Below are positions 61,501 through 64,000 of a stretch of 64,000 nt of DNA, piece after piece; positions within the stretch are counted from its first letter, which is position 1; the number at the start of each line of letters is the position of its first letter. A program made the position numbers and the translations under genes. The stretch comes from Thalia democratica (lineage: Eukaryota): positions 19,778,001-19,842,000 of the forward strand of contig OZ241834.1 in NCBI GenBank assembly GCA_965202585.1. Direction: 5' to 3'. The notes under the pieces are model-generated. The model saw only the letters and a list, made by a program, of their open reading frames with translations, had not been told where the DNA came from and made no database searches.

Positions 61501-63772
61501 AAGTGTTTCAAGTAAATACGTGCTATAACATTTAATATTTTTTAAACAAAAGTTTTTTGTTTGTAGTTGAGCTTATTGAAAGTATTAGCAAAGAAGAAAC
61601 ATTATCGGTCGACGAACAGTCTGAAGATGTTATTGATCCGAATGCTGTTGAAGATGATGTGGATGACTTTAAAATTTCTGATGAAGAATATAATAAGTGG
61701 ATGAAAAGCATCACTTCTTACATGTGTGAAGCACAAAAAAATCAAGGTTTTAATATATTTTGAATATTTTTTTAGTTTGTGTGTTTTGTACTATTAGTGT
61801 ATTCCTTTTCAAAAAAATTTGAGCTTTACCATGATTTTTATTCTAAAAAACTGTTCCTACATTTTATATTGACAACAACTTATTGTTAATTTTTTTATTA
61901 TAAAAAAACATTTATTTTAAAAGATAATAATATTTTTTACATTTTTATCTTGTCTTTTATTGCAAACAACATTAAAGGAGTTTTTAGGTCGATATTTTTT
62001 TATGTATATATATTTTTAAGAATAAATTATCTTTCTTTTTAAGTTATGGTTAAATTAGAAAAATAAAATTTTAAACGTTAACGTTTATTTGTCTATCTAT
62101 ATTTTATATATTCAAAGTGTAAGTGTTCACGGTATAAAATTCAAACTTTATAACTTTAATTGATTTTAAGTATTGAAATTTACAGAATTTTTAGATATTG
62201 ACGAAAACGAACTTTCAAAAGATGTAAAATTTGCAAGCGAAATGAATCAGGCTTCCGAACCTACATTGTTAGAACATTTATTAATATTCCTAATTTGTTT
62301 TGAGTTATATAAAATTATTTGGCGTTTTTTCCTTGTAGGTTTATGAATTATATAGTTTTACCCAAAATGTTTTTACATGGTACTAATCAAGCATGAACTA
62401 CAAAAAATTAAATTTACAATTATGTTTAATCAAGTAGCCAAAAAATATAACCTTTAATTAAATAATAATAAATAAATTTTAATTTTATGAAATAGATAGT
62501 TTTATTTCATTTAATTATAAATTGAATAAGCAATTTTTATCATTTAATTAAAGTCTGTAACAGATGATTTTTCACAGTTATTATATCTATATTAAATTAT
62601 CAGGTAAAACATAAATTTTTATTTTATTTTTATTATACCATAGAGAAGACTTGAAGAAAATAGAGCTTAGAAGATGGATGAACCGTAAAAAAGCTCAAAG
62701 AAATCGTGAATACATGAAAAAAGTTAATGAAATGAGAGGTAAGGAGCACAATCCGTTTAAAAGCTCTGGAAAGATGCTCAATTCTCAAGAAATCAATCGA
62801 TTAAATGACTTTAGAGAGTCTAAAAAAAGGTTACAATTTGTTTATGTTTTTTTCAACCAAATAGACAGGCATACTAGTTGTGTGTACTGGTATTATTGAT
62901 TTCTTTTTGATACAATTTAATTAAAGTTAGAGTTGTAGTAAGATTTATGATATTGTAAGAAGAAATATACAATTTTGTCGTTGAAGATTGACAAATTTAA
63001 GTAGAAAATGTTTTTAGAAATATTTCAAAATACCACATGAATATGACTGCCCAAAGTGGAATACAATTGATTGACCAGCTACAAAACGAAACTAGGTTAT
63101 TTTGTCAAATGTAGTTTAATTACATTACATCTAATTGTTATATTTAAATTTTTGTAGGAAACCAAAACAAGTAAAGAAGAAGATGTTACAAGAAAGAAAA
63201 AGTGAGTTTATGTATAACCTACCAATATAAATTTTTACTACTTTATCTAATGTACAAAAGTTGCACATATTAAGTTTCTGTGGTAGTTAGAAATGTATTT
63301 ATAAAACATCTTTTTATATTGTTTGAAAATAGTTTAAATACTTCAAATTATTATTCTTTATTAGAAACAAAACCCTGTATGGTAAGTACTTAACGTATGT
63401 AAAAATATTTAAATTAATACTGTATTGCTATAAATAAAAGTTATTCTAGCAAAGAACTTATAATAGATTGTGCATTTTTGTAACTACATGTGATATTTTA
63501 TTTATTTATTTTAACAACTATGTAAGACAATACTTTATAACTTTTTTTTTTAGTATAATAATAAAAAAGTTTTTATCCATTAATCTGATTGGTTTTTCAA
63601 GCAGTTTTTTATCAATTAAAAGCGTTTTTGTTTGCATTCAATGTTGTTACTTAAACGTGCAAAAAATACTTACATATATAATAGTGTTTATTGTAATTTC
63701 TTAGCTACGAATAAGAAAACTAAGTACAAATTACAAATGGGCAATACCTACAGCAATTCCGAAAACACCAAT
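37569..63772 (+). CDS. CPLANE1: Ciliogenesis and planar polarity effector 1 (C5orf42/JBTS17) orthologue; continues beyond the window
   Basis: The N-terminus KRKKPWPKLKWIG..LHPYMKDVVLINTSSN, then INQKQPK, SYWVSDACW..RRGS, HPRLPVVVCSDG, WNVERAVNYLL, IYLPSPP and the Joubert-domain ELRRWMNRKKAQRNREY..RGKEHNPF match human CPLANE1 as recalled. Hand-built phase-consistent GT-AG exons: 37569-37782, 38629-38742, 39042-39259, 39786-39973, 40105-40287, 41487-41675, 41990-42233, 42652-42765, 42857-42960, 43049-43080, 43470-43664, 44273-44449, 44613-44958, 45108-45258, 47377-47596, 48107-48393, 48853-49105, 49555-50963, 51590-51683, 51878-52009, 52682-53703, 54212-54398, 54702-54904, 56419-56564, 56907-57006, 57081-57185, 60279-60392, 60913-61213, 61567-61746, 62186-62267, 62644-62829, 63018-63095, 63158-63201, 63365-63381, 63705-63772 (about 2565 codons). 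Small and 3' exons are less certain. Confidence 0.9.
43851..44141. mobile_element. Small intronic MITE
   Basis: Ends CATGGTGGCC / GGCAACCATA, flanked by TTATAA on both sides, with subterminal CCTGGAA repeats. Confidence 0.45.
46435..46832. mobile_element. hAT (Charlie-like) MITE in a CPLANE1 intron, 398 bp, with long poly-C tracts
   Basis: TIRs CAAGGTTTCCCAAA / TTTGGGAAACCCTG; 8-bp TSD CTCTAGAC / CTCTAAAC. Confidence 0.85.
51143..51502. mobile_element. MITE with about 70-76-bp near-perfect TIRs flanked by TTAA, in a CPLANE1 intron
   Basis: 51143-51218 (CGGTCTGCATTTTTC...GGTGTACTTAA) is the reverse complement of 51434-51502 apart from a short indel. Confidence 0.8.
57983..58444 (-). mobile_element. 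Penelope-like retroelement remnant (GIY-YIG endonuclease region), antisense in a CPLANE1 intron
   Basis: YKRPNTL..PCGKCMLC..LNCKNFGIY..CKECNEYYVGQT..FSQRW..ALKLHY is a typical Penelope C-terminal GIY-YIG domain. No RT domain is present. Confidence 0.8.
59850..60140 (-). mobile_element. Possible decayed LINE 3' end
   Basis: The minus strand is C/A-skewed, with the broken peptide CSPLNLQYLTRFNNNILKLVDNKPLISTLKL*FSYY loosely resembling CR1/L2-type ORF2 tails. Weak evidence. Confidence 0.3.
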
Positions 63773-64000
63773 GTAAGTTTGAATTTAGTGTAACTAAGAA
63801 CAAAAAGCTTACATGCAAAACATTTTGTATTGTAAATACTTAAAATAAAACTTAAGTGTTTTTTTTTTTCAATTTGCTCTCTAGTACTTGCTTACCTTAT
63901 ACTTTTGTTTTATGAGGCATAATCTGGATCTCGAAAATCAAAATAAATAAAAATGTACATATGTTTTAAACAACATTAATTAATTCTTAATAAAGAATTG

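Noticed and set aside
1-64000. tRNA, rRNA, spliced-leader or spliceosomal snRNA genes
   Set aside because: None was recognised by eye; tRNAscan-SE and Infernal would be needed to exclude them.

Overview
AT-rich eukaryotic (metazoan) genomic DNA with GC-rich exons; a tunicate is my guess, not a result. The left half (about 1.5-27.5 kb) is an inverted segmental duplication. Each arm carries a U8 (SNORD118)-type snoRNA gene and an intronless glutamate-cysteine ligase (GCLC)-family gene: full length at 6416-8194 (+), 5'-deleted at 22833-23819 (-). Between the arms lie a 715-bp inverted repeat, an intronless PARP2-like gene with an intact H-Y-E triad, and a decayed tandem trypsin-like protease. 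Next come an LDLa-repeat gene (minus strand, probably frameshifted), a third U8 gene, and a CPLANE1 (C5orf42/JBTS17) orthologue with at least 35 phase-consistent GT-AG coding exons that runs off the right end. Non-autonomous DNA transposons (Transib-like, hAT-Charlie-like, TTAA-flanked) and a Penelope GIY-YIG remnant are present. The strongest leads are (1) a GCL-fold ligase that keeps the metal/ATP ligands but has nearly every cysteine-pocket residue replaced, suggesting a different substrate, and (2) three U8 snoRNA units whose shared flanks outline an snRNA-type promoter and 3' box. Reference motifs are recalled from memory, identities are estimated by eye, and no searches were run.
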